Shown here piece by piece: positions 1 through 14,257 of a DNA stretch of 64,000 nucleotides. Where the stretch lies: NCBI RefSeq assembly GCF_009914755.1, contig NC_060937.1. One strand, 5' to 3'. The notes beneath the pieces are model-generated. The model was not told the DNA's origin and ran no database searches. It was given only the letters and a program-made list of their open reading frames with translations. Source of the DNA: the human T2T-CHM13v2.0 reference genome, Homo sapiens. The translations under genes were made by a program, and so were the position numbers. Numbering within the stretch: the first letter of the stretch is position 1; the number at the start of each line of letters is the position of its first letter.

Positions 1-686
1 AAATACACAAAACCCATCATCGCAGTTTTCATTCTTACCTAATTTACACTTCATACAAATTACTTCATGTGTTATTTTCTAGTTAATTTTCAGTTCAGCA
101 TTTTGTTAAATTATATTGATTGCTAGCACTTCCACAAGTGCACAGAAGCAGTGATTTCTGCATCAGAGTTTAAAGGAAAACAAAAACACATTCTCAGATA
201 GCAAAAAAGGAAAATAATTACTGCTGTTAGTCACTCCTCAAGGACCAAGGAGAAAATGGCAATGAATTTAGGTGTGGATGAAAAGGTGAAATGAGCTTCT
301 TTTTTTGTCGCTGCTGTGGATTAGTTACAAAGCAACTTTAAATGGATTCAGACAGAACAGACGGAAATAAATCTAATAAATTGTATTGGAATTCATTGAG
401 TGGAATGCCATAGTGTGTTTTCTCTTTACATATTCAAGTAATTCATCATGTCCATTTCCTCATTTTAGAACACCTGTCTAAGATATTTTCACCTACAAAT
501 TCATTAATGGGTAGCTAATTTTTTCTATTCATACCATCTGTATATACCCTTAAAATTAATGTATTCATAAAATTGTTTTCAACAAGTGAGAACAACAGCA
601 AATCTTCAAAGGCAATTAACCTTTTAAACTCATCTAAACAAGTGCATGATTTAATGTACACATGTTTATAAGTCAACTCTCATTCT

Positions 687-1001
<315 letters not shown>

Positions 1002-1489
1002 TAAGTCAACTATCATTCTGAAAAAACAGAGCATCTCCCAGTCCCCACAAAAATAGCCCACACCCCAGTTTAATATATGTGTAAGCTAGTGAATGCAGTC
1101 TTTGAAAAAATAATAGAAAAACTAATCCCTAGGAAATTCATAGGTATATTTTATGCTATGAAATGTCATCAAGCGTGTGATAGTGAAAACTTTTCTTAAA
1201 ACTGACTGCTCCATGAAATTGTTTTAGAAAACTTGGAGCAAGTCCAGCATTACTTATGCCTCATGTAGGAAAACAATAAAATGTAGCTGAAATATTCAGC
1301 ATGAAGAATGGAAGTTATGTGTCTTCAGTCATGACTGTGTAGATTTTTCTTGAAGGGAAGTATGCTTCTGGGAGGATTTAAATTTGTTGTAAGGTAAAAC
1401 ATTTTTGACAAAATGAATGCTGAGTGTGCAAGAGATTTTCCATTTTCCCTCTATATTCACACTCAATTTTTCTCCAACTTGCTCGGCGA

Positions 1490-1911
1490 CCTGGGAAGGA
1501 AAACTTGAATTGCACATGCTCCCTCTGACCTCCATTGGATTTGGTCTATGGAAAGGAATAGCAGCAGATCTACATGTGGAAGGACATGTGATCAGAGTAT
1601 TTATTCCCTGGCTAACCTCTGCCAGGCTGCAGGCTGGCAATGGTGTGTCATTCTATCAAAGGCTGAATCACCTATTTGGCATCCTCCTGCTATGACCACA
1701 GCTACTTCTAAAGCAATGGCAGCATTTCTTTCCAGATTCTAATATCCATTCCTCTTCAGATCTAAGATGGAAAGGGCTTCCTGCTATTGCTAGTCCTTCA
1801 GTGTGCCATCCCTTGCTGGTTTCCTTAGCCAAGCTCATGCCTTTGTAAATGGTTTCTTTATTAAACTATCCTTAATTACCCCCCTTTAAGTGTGCTATCT
1901 TCCTTGCTGAC
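1490..1911 (+). mobile_element. Ancient ERVL solo LTR (LTR40/LTR41-like)
   Basis: The 3' end tttattaaactatccttaattaccc...gtgtgctatcttccttgctgaca resembles the LTR40/41 terminus. Boundaries are approximate. Confidence 0.5.
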
Positions 1912-3009
1912 AAATACCTTCAGCAAATCAATTAATTCCAAGTATTAACTTCTAAGCCTCTTCCTCGAGCCATTAGAGAAATTAAAATGTCTTTAAAGCA
2001 ATGTAAATGTTTTTGCAGGCATATAGATAATAGACTACTTCATTGAGTTCGGTATAGCTGGTAAATCGATGATAATTTAACATTTAATTTAAAGTTTAAG
2101 ATTTAATGTTTCTCTAATGGGAGTAGAAATGTCTTTCCACAACTTGATAACTATTTTGAGGGACACAAACTTAGGCGATTTTATGAAACATCAATCAGGA
2201 AATTATGAGGTTTTCTTGTGATGCGTTTTCTAATCAAGTATTGTTCCATACTTTTAAATAGTTCAAATAATGTGCCCTGACATTTTTTTCTCAATTTTAA
2301 ACAGGTTATTTACATACCACATCATCATTTAGACAAACACAATATTTTATGCTATTACTATTGTATTTGGGTCTTTCATCAGCCTTTTGATATTCATATA
2401 GGTATTAAAGAATGTTTTGGTTTTAAGACTTACGACAGAAAAGCCTCAGACATAATCAATATAGGCAAGCTCTAGGGAAGACAGAAATTTTCCTATTCAG
2501 TTCATTGTTAAAATTAGTTATTTCACGTCTATCCCAACTGCCCAGTATCCTTTTTACCACATCAAAGCATAATTGCTGAGTCAATCAAGTTCAAAACAGA
2601 TGAACTGGGAGTATTGGCTGGTGGTTGTGAATTCCTTGGTTCTCTCACCGTAGTTTAGTTACATCATTAAAGTGTTGATTTTTTAAAAATTGTGATGCAT
2701 GACTCAGAGTCTGAAACTTTAAGAGCAAGAGAGCCTTAAAGAATGAGAACAGAAGGCTGCAACATACATTGTTCAATGTCCCCTTTCACGACTCTTCTTA
2801 TCAAATATGTACACCTGCATAAACACGCTTTACTTGCTGAATTCTACCAAGATATGTTTATTATTTGCCCAAAAGACAAATATAACAAAGACAACATTTT
2901 CATATTAAATTCTCTATTAAATTTAATATGAAAATGAAAAAGCTAACTCATCAAGCTTAATCCCCTCCTTGATCACAGTACGTTTCTCAAATGTTTGACT
3001 AGTTCATGT

Positions 3010-3192
3010 TTGAACAGATTTTACACTGTAAACATAAATAATTCACAAGACAATACCAATATACAAATTTTAAAGATGATGAAATAGAAATTCAGAAAAT
3101 ATTATTTTCTCAAGGTTACAAATTACCAGTAAGCTGTAGAATACGACCTTGAATAGGCCTTCTAACTCTGGTTAAATGCTTTAACCACTACA
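3010..3192 (-). mobile_element. MIR
   Basis: Degenerate MIR core (tttaaagatgatgaaatagaaattcaga...caaggttaca...ttaaccactacac). Confidence 0.55.
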
Positions 3193-4514
3193 CCTTGAGA
3201 ACATCTTTTGATGAGCTATAATAGAAAGTCATTAAAACACTAGATGCCCAAGTTAGGATAAAGAGAGAGAAAGGACCTACTGAGATCACTGAGAGGAAAC
3301 ATCCCCAAGTTCAGAATTTTTCCTAGGACCAGCTTTATCTGAGGGTAGAAAGGCCTGAGAGAGGTGCACTCAATGAAGCGTCCTGGTCACCTCTATTTAT
3401 CTCAAAGGTGGAGTCCCAGAAGACATGCCAAAAAGGACAGAATGCAAAAATGTCTTTTCTTGACATTCTCTTCTAGTATCTCCATGTTACTCTCCTCAAG
3501 GTGGAGAATTAAGAAATGAGTCAGAGAGAGGGATGCATTTTGGACAGTGTTGTCACATAAGACCTTTGGACAGTGCGCAGGCTCCAGGGACTCAGTATTG
3601 CAGCAGAGGTTCTTCACATTCACAGTTTACTCCTATTCTATTACTGCAAATAGTGGATGAGAAAGTTGCTTACCAAATTCTCCAGAAAGACTTCTGTCCC
3701 TGGATAAATTAACATAAAGCATCACATAGTTTGACATTAAATAACCGTGTGTGCTGATTCCTGGTTATTTTGTTAGTGTAGCATTCACTTTATCTGTGTG
3801 CACCTGGCCATCCCAAAGGCTAATGGATGTCTTAAAATGTGACTTGCATATTTGTTTTGTTTTGATTTTTGGTTCTCAGAAGAAATTACCTCCTAGAAAA
3901 AATACTAAAAATAATAATTCTCTTCCTAGATCAACCTGCAAAATTTTACTGAGCTCCATAATTTAGCAAGGAAGAAAAAATATTTTCATAATACTAAGAG
4001 TTCAACCAAGTAGAATATTAACTAGACCGAATTACCTTGAATGTGATGTTTGAACTTGTGTGGGTTCTATTGATACATTCAGCTGACATTTGTTGAGCGC
4101 CTCTCCTGTGACAAGCACATAGCAGGGATTTCTGAAACAAAAGACAAACTTTGCAGGTGTCAATTGCTGTTGAGCTAATAGACCAGCAGGAAAGATTGAG
4201 GTACAAGTGTTGCCACCCTTTCAGTTTGAACATCCTTTGATTACAATTCCAGTCACATTTGCATAAATACTACAAAGCCTGGCACTCTGAGTTCCGCCGC
4301 ATGATAGCAGGACCTGGTATTTTCTCTCAGGGAGTTCTTGAATGGTAATACCTCTTGTCCAACTACCCCATTGCTCATGCCACAGGGTTCCACTTCCCTT
4401 TGTTTCCACTCACTCCTTCTTGAAGTCCCCACGGACCATACTGCCACCACCATTCTGTCTCCAGGGGCTTGGACAAAGAGGAGTGCCCTTAACATAGTCA
4501 CTGTATAATAAGTA

Positions 4515-5236
4515 CAGGGCTGACTTCATGGACGTGTCCAGTGCAATTGCACAAGACCCCACTTTAGAAGTCCTTGCACTTGAACATTTGGAGTTGAATG
4601 CTCTCTGGTTGCTGTCTTGAAACGTTTAATAGTGTTATCTTTGAGTTTATGTTTTGTAAGTGAAGTCCAATGGGTCAGTGGAGCATGTGCCGGGGACTAG
4701 GCACCTCAGCCCACACATGATGCTGCCTCCAACCACCTCCGTGACTCCATGGGAGGAGCTCCGGGCAGCCTAACCTCCATCCTCTGTGGCCTTGGGACAT
4801 GCCCTGACTCCCTTTCTTGATCCCACTCTTTGATCGCTGACCCCTATATCTAGGGCAGTAACCAGGTCACATCTGTTGAGAACGCCCTGCATCCTCTTGA
4901 CCTCCACCTTGCTGGGGGCCCAGACAAGGGTCATGGGAAAAGTCAAGGTCTCTGTGTGTTCCCTGCAGAGTCTGGAGAAGGAGCATGGTGCTCGTCATCC
5001 CAAGCCTGGGTTGGCAGTGCCACAGCATGTTTCCTGGGGGCAAACGTATCATTCACAACTGATCCAGGTACTAAGTGTATGCCAGTGCAGAGGTTTGCCA
5101 TTTCTTGCATGGTCACCCTGTCAGCTGTGGGTTGGGATGACAGCAAATAGGAAGGAGAGATTGACTTCCCTATCCCTGCTGGGGTCCTGTATTTCCATTT
5201 TGCACTGGGCCTGGCAAAATTAGACAGCTGACCCTG
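4515..5236 (+). mobile_element. MER45B/C-like hAT-Tip100 non-autonomous DNA transposon
   Basis: Starts cagggctgacttcatgg and ends ttttgcactgggcctggcaaaattagacagctgaccctg, matching the MER45 termini. Degenerate 8-bp TSD aataagta/catgggta. Confidence 0.75.
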
Positions 5237-5249
5237 CATGGGTAACATA

Positions 5250-5621
5250 CATTATACCCCTGGATATTATTCTGAACAAAAGAATAAACTATTTTACTGT
5301 TCCCTTTAATATGAGAGTGTATACTAGGAAAGAGGGGCTTTAATCATGTTAGAATAACCTATAACCAGAGGAACTGCAGCTTGGGTTGAGGGGAAGGAAA
5401 AGACCCATGTGGTTAAATGGTTATATGCAGGATATAAAAATTAAGTGAATATATTGATAATTACAGGACCTTGAATTCTTACTACTTGGGGAAATACAAA
5501 TATAGAAAGGAGGAAGGTGAAAATAAATCCTGAATGTTGAGTTGGAAACTGTAAACTCTTGGTTTTTAAACACGGATGGATGGGTACAGACAGAGATGCA
5601 GATTACATGGGCCTACACGTG

Positions 5622-5673
<52 letters not shown>

Positions 5674-6262
5674 CCTAGTTCTTCCTGCTGAGAAGGTCTG
5701 GAAGCCTAGTAGCAAGAAACACACTTGGCACCCAGATCTTGGATACTAAATACTCCACTAAATAAAGCCAAGACTCCAGGGAAAATGCGTGATTCCAGAG
5801 CAGGGAAAGTGTAAGATGGGACTGGAACATTTTGCAGTATCACAATGAAAAGAAGGAATCAAAGAATATATGGATATGTCAAAAGAGCAGAGGAGCCATC
5901 TTGAAGGGGCTCTTACTGTCCAAACTTGGGACAATTAGGACAGCAAATAAATAATGATAATAATAAAATATAACCCATGGAGTAAAATAAGAATCCATGA
6001 GTCAATGCTGATATAAATATATAAATGAATGAATGAATGAGTCAAAGAAATTGGAGAGAAGGGATTGCTCTACATTATAGTAAAACATAAGCAATAAATG
6101 TAGAAAGAATTATGAACTTAGAATATCACCATTTGGCAATAACTGCAGTAAAAAATGATTTGGGATATGATTATCAATAGATTTTTTAAAAATAAGTGAA
6201 ATTTTGATAAGAAACAATATTTATCTAAATAATATTTACTTACTTTCAAAGCAGCTCCCCAC
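5250..6262 (+). mobile_element. Old L1MC3/MC4/MD-type 3' region, left part of a split element
   Basis: Motifs ggcacccagatcttgg, gagcagggaaagtgtaagatgg and cttgaaggggctc are typical of the L1MC/MD 3' UTR. The element resumes at about 16098. Confidence 0.65.
5624..5671. repeat. (TG)24 microsatellite
   Basis: Perfect TG run. Confidence 0.98.
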
Positions 6263-6588
6263 TTACATAAAAATATTTGATTGATTTAAAAATTAAAATA
6301 ATAAGTGCATTATATACTTACATAAATAACAATTTTAATTAAAATATTCTTTCAAAAATTAGTGAGAAGATTAACATTGCTTCATTTTTTGGAAATCTTA
6401 TTAACACGAGGATTAATAGAAGACAACTGGATTTTCACATCTGCTCTGCATTTAATCTGATGTGACATTTTGTTTTGGTTGAAGTATGTAAAGAAAATCT
6501 AATCTCACACAAATACGTAGTTTGAAAAGGAAAGGCTATTTTAATAGTCTTCTCAAATAATGGTGGATATTCTTTGGTACAATAGCAA
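6263..6588. mobile_element. Charlie1-like hAT transposon fragment, left part
   Basis: ttagtgagaaga...ttaatagaagacaactggatt...tttggttgaagtatgtaaagaaaatc matches Charlie1. The element continues at 13013 after an L1 insertion. Confidence 0.7.
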
Positions 6589-7908
6589 TTTTTTTAAATT
6601 GTTGTGGTACTCAGTAAGTGTATATATTTGTGGGATGCATAAGATGCTTTGATACAGGCATGGCATGTAAAATAAGCACATCATGGAAAATGGGGTACCC
6701 ACTGCCTCAAGCATTTATCTTTTGAGTTACAAACAATCCACTTACACTCTTTAAGTTATTTTTAAATGTAGAATTGAGTTATTGCTGACACTAGTCATCC
6801 TGTTGTCCTATCAAGTAATAGGTCTTATTCTTTAACTATTTTTTGTACCCATTAAACATCACCGTCTCCTCACCAGTGCCCCATTACCCTTCCCAGCCTC
6901 TAATAACCATCCTTCTACTCTCTATATCCATGAATTCAATTGTTTTGATTTTTAGATCACACAAATAAGTGGGAACATGTGATTTTTGTCTTTCTGTGCC
7001 TGGCTTATTTCATTTAACAAAATGATTTCCAGTTCCATCCATGTTGTTGCAAATGACGGATCTCATTCTTTTTTGTGGCTGAATACTACTCCATTGTGTA
7101 AATGTACCACATTTTCTTTATCCATTCATCTCTTGATGAACACTTAGATTGATTCTAAATCTTAGGTATTGCAAACAGTGCTTCCACAAACATAGGAGTG
7201 CAGACATCTCTTCAATATACTGATGTCCTTTCTTTTGGGTATGTACCCAGCAGTGGGATTGCTGGATCATATGGTAGCTCAATTCTTAGTTTTTCAAGAA
7301 ACCTCCAAATTGTTCTCCACAGTGGTTGTACCAATTTACATTCCCACCAACAGTGTACAGGTGTTCCCTTTTCTTCACATCCTGCCAGCATTTGTTATTG
7401 CCTGTCTTTTGGATGTAGCCATTTTAATTGGAGTGAGAGGATATCTCATTGCAAATTTGACTTGCCTTTCTCTGATTATTAATGATCTTGAGCACATTTT
7501 CATATGCCTGTTTGCCATTTGTATGTCTCCTGTTGAGAAACGTCTATTCAAATTTTTGATCAGATTATTAGATTTTTTTCCTGTAGAGTTGTTTGAGTTA
7601 TTTATATATTTGGTTATTAATCCCTTGTCAGAGGGTAATTTGCAAATATTTTCTCTCATTCTGTGGATTGTCTCTTCACTTTGTTGACTGTATCTTTTGA
7701 TGTTTAGAAGCTTTTTAACTTGATGGAATCTCATTTGTCCATTTTTGCTTTGGTTGCCTATGCTTGTGGGGTTATGCTCAAGAAATTTTTGCCCAGACCA
7801 ATGTTCTGGAGATTTTACCCAATGTTTTTTTGTAGTAGTTTTATAGTTTGAGGTATTATATTTAAGTCTTTAATCCATTTTTATTTGATTTTTTTATATA
7901 GTGAGAGA

Positions 7909-7980
7909 CAGGGGTCTAGTTTCATTCTTCTGCATATGGCTTTTCAGGGGTCTAGTTTCATTCTTCTGCATATGGCTTTT
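7909..7980. repeat. Perfect 36-bp tandem duplication inside L1
   Basis: caggggtctagtttcattcttctgcatatggctttt occurs twice (7909-7944, 7945-7980), followed by cag. Confidence 0.97.
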
Positions 7981-9884
7981 CAGTTTTCCCAGTGCCATTT
8001 ATTAAAGAAACTGTCTTTTCCCCAGTATATGTTCTTGGCACCTTTGTTGAGAATGGGTTCACTGTAGGTGTGTGGATTTGTTTCTAGGTTCTCCATTCTG
8101 TTCCATTGGTCTATGTGTCTGTTTTTATGACACTACCATACTCTTTTGGTTACTATAGCTTTGTGGTACAGTTTGAAGTCAGGTGATGTGATTCCTCCAG
8201 TTTCGTTCATTTTGCTTTGGCTATTCTGGATCTTTTGTGGTTCTATATAAATTTTAGGATTGCTTTTTCTATTTCTGTGAAGAATGTTAATGGTATTTTG
8301 ATGGGGATTGTATTAAATCTGTAGATTGTTTTGGGTAGTATGGACGTTTTAACTATATTGATTCTTCTAATCCATGAACATGGAAAACGTTTTCCATTTT
8401 TTAGTGTCCTATCCAATTTCTTTCATCAGTGTTTTATAGTTTTCATAATAGAGACATTTCACTTCTTCAGTTGATTCCTAGGTATTTAATTTTATGTGTG
8501 GCTATGATAAATGGAATTACTTTTTAAAATTTCCTTTTTACATTGTTCCCTGTTGGCATATAGAAGTGCTACCAAATTTTTATGTTGATTTTTGTATCCT
8601 GCAAATTTACTGAATTTGTTTATCAATTCTCATAGTTTTCTTGTGGAGTTTTCCAGATATAAGATCATATCATCTACAAACAAGTATAATTTGACTTCTT
8701 CTTTTCCAATTTTGATACCCTTTATTTCTTTCTCTTGTCTGATTGCTTTAGCTAAGATTTCCAGTTCTATGTTGAATAACAGTGGTGGCATCCCTGTCGT
8801 ATTCCAGATCTTAGGGGAAAGGCTTTCAGTTTTCAGCATTAAGTATGATACTAGCTGTGGGCTGTCGTATATGGCTTTTATTATGTTGAGGTGTGTTCCT
8901 TCAATCCCCATCTTTTTAAGGGTTTTTATCAAGAAGGAATGTTGAATTTTATTAAATGCTTTTCAGCATCAATTTAAATGATCATTTGGTTTTTATCCTT
9001 CATTCTGTAGATATGATGTATTACATTGATTGATTTGCATATGTTGAACCATCCTTACTTTCCAAGGATAAATCCCACTTAGTCATAATGAATGATCTTT
9101 TTAATGTATTGTTTAATTGGGTTTGCTTGTATTTAGTTGACAATTTTTGCATCAATATTCATCAGAGATATTGGCCTTCAGTGTTTTTAGGGGGTGGGTA
9201 TTTTTTTTTTTTGATGTGTCTTTGTCTGATTTAGGTTTCAGGGTGATTCTGGCCTCATAGAATGAGTTTGGAAGTATTCCCCTCCCCTCTATTTGTTGGA
9301 ATAATTTGAATAGGATTGGTATTAGTTCTTCTTTAAATGTTTGGTAGAATTCAGCAGTGAAGCCATCAGGTCCTGGGCTTTTCTTTACTGGGAGACTTTT
9401 TATTACAGCTTTGATCTTATTACTTATTAGTCTGTTCAGATTTTTTATTTCTTCCTGGTTCAATGTTGGTAGGTTGTATGTGTCTAGGGATTTGTCCATT
9501 TCTTCTAGATATTCCAATCTATTGTCATATAGTTGCTTATAGTAGCCACTAATGACCCTTTGAATTTCTGCAGTATCAGTTGTAATGTCTCCTTTTTAAT
9601 TTCTGATTTTATTTATTTGGATTTATTATCTTAGTCTGGCTAAAGGTTTGCTAATTTTGTTTAACTTAAAAAAACATTTTGTTTCATTGATGTTTTGTCT
9701 TGTTTTTATTTCAGTTTTTTAATTTCTTCTCTGATCTTTATGATTTCTTTTCTTCTACTAATTTTGGGTTTGGTTTACTCGTGCTTTTCCAGTTCTTCAA
9801 GATGAGTTGTTAGATTATTTATTTGAAGTTTTTCCCCTTTTTTGATCTAGGTGCTTATATCCATACAATTCCCTCTTAGTACTG

Positions 9885-10108
9885 GGCCGGGTGCAGTGGC
9901 TCACACCTGTAATCCTAGTGCTTTGGGAGGCTGAGTCAGGGAGATCACCTGAGGTCAGAAGAATCACTTGAACCCAGGAGGTGGAGGTTGCAGTGAGCCG
10001 AGATCACACCACTGCACTCAGGCCTAGGTGACAGGCAACAGAGCAGGACCCTGTTTCAAAACCAAAAAAAAAAAAGAAAGAAAGAAAAAAAAGGAAGAAA
10101 AAAGAAAA
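9885..10108 (+). mobile_element. AluS with internal deletion (left-arm 5' part fused to right-arm 3' part)
   Basis: ggccgggtgcagtggctcac...cacctgaggtcagaa joins directly to gaatcacttgaacccaggagg. A-rich tail. Perfect 18-bp TSD aattccctcttagtactg at 9867-9884 and 10109-10126. Confidence 0.92.
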
Positions 10109-10364
10109 AATTCCCTCTTAGTACTGATTTACTGATTTTGCTGTATCCCCTAGGTTTGGTATATTGTATTTCTGTTGTCATTTGTTTCAAGAAATTTTTC
10201 AGTTTCTTTCTGAATTTCTTCATTAACCCACTGGTCATTCAGGAGCATATTGTTTAATTTTCATGTATTTGTATAGCTTCCAAAATTCCTCTTGTTATTG
10301 ATTTCTAGTTTTATTCCATTGTTCTCAGAGAAGATGCTTGATATTATTTCAGATTTTTGAATGA

Positions 10365-10529
<165 letters not shown>

Positions 10530-13012
10530 TGACCTAAGATATGGTCTATCCTTCAGAAAGATCCATGTGCTGAGGAAAAGAATGTGAAATCTGCAGCTCT
10601 TGGATGAAATATTCTGTAGATAACTATTAGATCCATTTGGTCTATAGTGCAGATTAAGTCCAATGTCTCTTTGTTGACCTTCTGTCTGAAAGATCTGTCC
10701 AATGCTGAAAGTGGAGTGTTAAAGTCTTCAGCTATCATTGTATTGGGACCTATCTCTCTTTTTAACTCTAATTAATATTTTCTATGTATATGTATATATA
10801 CCTGAGTAGTTGGAGTGCATATATAAAATTATTTTATCATCTTGCTGAATTGACCCATTTATCATTATATAGTGACCTTCTTTGTCTCTTCTTACATGTT
10901 TGTCATGAAATCTATTTTGTCGGATGTATGTCTAGCAACTCCTGCTATCTTTTGGTTTTCATTGTCCTGAAATATATTTTTCCATCCCTTTATTTTCAGT
11001 CTATGTGTTTTTACAGGTGAAGTGTGTTTCTTGTAGGCAACAGGTCAGTTGGTCCTGTTTTTTTCATCCATTCAGCCACTCTTTGTCTTTTGATTGGACA
11101 GTTTAGTCCATTTATATTCAATGTTATTATTGATAAGTAGGTACGTACTCCTGATATTTTGTTATTTGTGTTCTAGTTGTACTGTGGTCTGCTCTTCCTT
11201 CTTTCTTTCCTTCCTGTCTTCTCCTAGTGAAGGTGACTTTCTCTGGTGATATGGTTTAGTTTCTTGCTTTTTATTTGCTGTGCCTATTGTATGTTTTTTA
11301 ATTTGAGGTCATTATGAGACTTGCAAATACAATCTTATAACCCATTATTTTTACCTGATAACGTAATCCTATTTGCAGAAATAAATGAAGAAACAAGCAA
11401 AATGAAACCTAATTAAAACTCTACACCTTCTTTCCCCTTCTTAACATTTTGCTGTTTCTATTTATATTTTACTGTACTGACTATGCCTTGAAAAGTTGTA
11501 GTTCTTATTTTTGGTTGTCTCATCATTTAGTCTTTCTACTTAGGATAAGAGTAGTTTACACACTACAGTTACAGTGTTATAATATTCTGTGTTTTTCTGT
11601 GTACTTACTATTACCAGTGAGTTTTACACCTTCAGGTGATTATTGCTCATTAATGTCCTTTCCTTTATGATTGAAGTACTACCTTTAGCATTTCTTGTAG
11701 GACAGGTCTGGTATTGAAATTCCTCAGTTTTTGTTTATTCGGGAAAGTGTTTCTTTCTCCTTCATGCTTGAATGATTTTTCTTTGGCGTTTTAAATATGT
11801 GATGCCACTTTCTCCTGGCCTGTAAAGTTCCCACTGAAAAGTCTGCTACAAGACATATTGGAGCTCCATTGTATGTTATTTGTTTCTTTTCCCTTGTTGC
11901 TTTCAGGATATTATCTTCATCTTTTACCCTTGGGAGTTTGGTTATTAAATGCCTTGAGGTAGCCTTCTTTGGGTTAAATCCTCTTGGTTTTCTATAACCT
12001 TTTTGTACTTGGATATTGATACATTTTTATAGTTTTGGAAAGTTCTCTGTTATCCTTTTGAATAAATTTTCTACCTCTATGTCTTTCTCTACTTTCCTTT
12101 AAGTCAATAACTCTTAGATTTGCCATTTTGAGGCTATTTTCTAGATCCTCTAGGCATGCTTCAATTTTTTTAATTTCTTTTCTTTTGTCTCCTCCTCTTT
12201 CATATATTTTCAAATAGCCTGTCTTCAAATTCACTAATTCTTTCTTCTGCTTGATTAATTCTGATTTTTAAAAACTCTAATGTCTTCCTCAATACCCCAG
12301 TTGCATTTTTCAGCTCCAGAATTTCTGCTTGATTTTTTTTATTTTTTTAACCTCTTTGTTAAATTTATCTGACAGAATTCTGAATTTCTTCTCTGTGTTA
12401 TATTGAATTTCTCCGAGTTTCCTCAACACAGCTATTTTAAATTCTCTGTCTGAAAGGTCACATATCTCTATTTCTCCAGGATTTGTCCCTGGAGCCTAAT
12501 TTAATTCATCTGGTAAGGTCATGTTTTCCTGGATGGTGTTGATGCTAGTAGATGTTTTAGGGTGTCTGGGCATTGAAGAGCTAGGTATTTAGGAATTTAT
12601 TGTAGCCTTCACTATCTGGGTTTATTTGTAGCCATCCCTTTTGGAAAGGCTTTCCTGATATTTGAAAGGACTCAGGTGCTATGATCTTAGCTGTATCTGT
12701 TTTAGGGAGCACCCCAAGCCCAGTAATACTGTGGTTCTTGCAGACTCATAGAGGCACCACCTTGACGGTCTTGGACAAGATCCAGGAGAATTATCTTGAT
12801 TACTAGGCAGAGACTCTTGTTCTCTTCTCTTACTTTCTCCCAAATATAGTCTCTTTCTCTGTTCTGAGCCACTTATAGATGGGAATGGAGTAACACAAGC
12901 AACCCTGTGTCCATCATCACTATGACTGCACTGGGTCAGACCTGAAGTCAGCCCAGCACTGGGTCTCACCCAAGGCCTGCTGTAATGACTCCCTGGCTAC
13001 TGCCTATGTTCT

Positions 13013-13120
13013 AATAGCAAAACTTAATATGTGTTTGTTTCTTAAAGGTTATGGGCAATATGGAATCAAAAATCAAAATGGTGTCAATGAAATTTTCATT
13101 GTTAAATTTCAATTGTTTAT
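13013..13120. mobile_element. Charlie1-like fragment, right part
   Basis: aaaact...gtttcttaaaggttatgggcaatatggaatc continues the Charlie1 sequence interrupted at 6588. Confidence 0.6.
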
Positions 13121-13708
13121 GTAGTTTTTTTAAATCAATAACTTCACTTTTAAGAATTTTAGATTTACAAAAATGTTGAGCAGATAATGCAGAGTTCTTA
13201 AATATACCCCTTCCAAGCACACAGTCTCTCCTATTATTAAAATCTTGCCACAATGTGGTACATTTGTTATAATTAATATATCACCACTTATACATTATTA
13301 TTAGCTAAAGTCTATAGTTTACATTAAGTTTTGCTGTTCGTATTTCACTGTTCCATGGGTTTTGACAAATATAGGTGCTGTATATCTCATTACAGTATCA
13401 TATGGAATAGTCTCATTGCCCTAGAAATCTCCTGTGTTTCATGTATTCATTCCTCCCACCACTCCCAGTCACCAGGACCCCTGAAAACTATTGACCTTTT
13501 TACCGTCTTCACAGTTTTTTTTCCCTGCAGAATGTCATAGAGTACTTAGTCTTTTCAGACTGGCTTCTTTCACTTAGCAACATGCTTGTGAGGTCCCTCC
13601 ATTTCTTTTCATGGCTTTGGAAATTATTTCTTTTTCTCCTTGAATAATATCCTGTATTATAGATGTACCATGGTATTTTTATGCATTCACCTACTGAAAG
13701 ACGTTTTG

Positions 13709-13984
<276 letters not shown>

Positions 13985-14176
13985 GAAAGAAGGAAGGAAG
14001 GAAAGAAGGAAGGAAGGAAGGAAGGAAGGAAGGAAAAGAGAGAGAGAAAGAAAGAAAAGAAAGAAAAAAGAAAAAGAAAGAAAGAGAGAGAAAGAAAAAA
14101 GAAAGAAAGAAAGAAAGAAGAAAGAAAGAAAGAAGAAAGAAAGAAAGAAAGAAAAGAAAAGAAAATAAAAGAAAAG

Positions 14177-14207
<31 letters not shown>

Positions 14208-14257
14208 GAAAAGAAAAGAAAAGAAGAGAGAAAGAGAGGGAAGGAAAGAAGGAGAGA
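13985..14257. repeat. About 270-bp compound polypurine microsatellite (GGAA/GAAA/GAAAA) derived from the Alu tail
   Basis: Almost pure A/G tract with a single T at 14166. It explains the spurious K/E/R-rich and F/S/L-rich ORFs here. Confidence 0.97.

Noticed and set aside
4257-4264. Octamer ATTTGCAT
   Set aside because: Single 8-mers are expected several times by chance in 64 kb of AT-rich DNA, and there is no supporting context.
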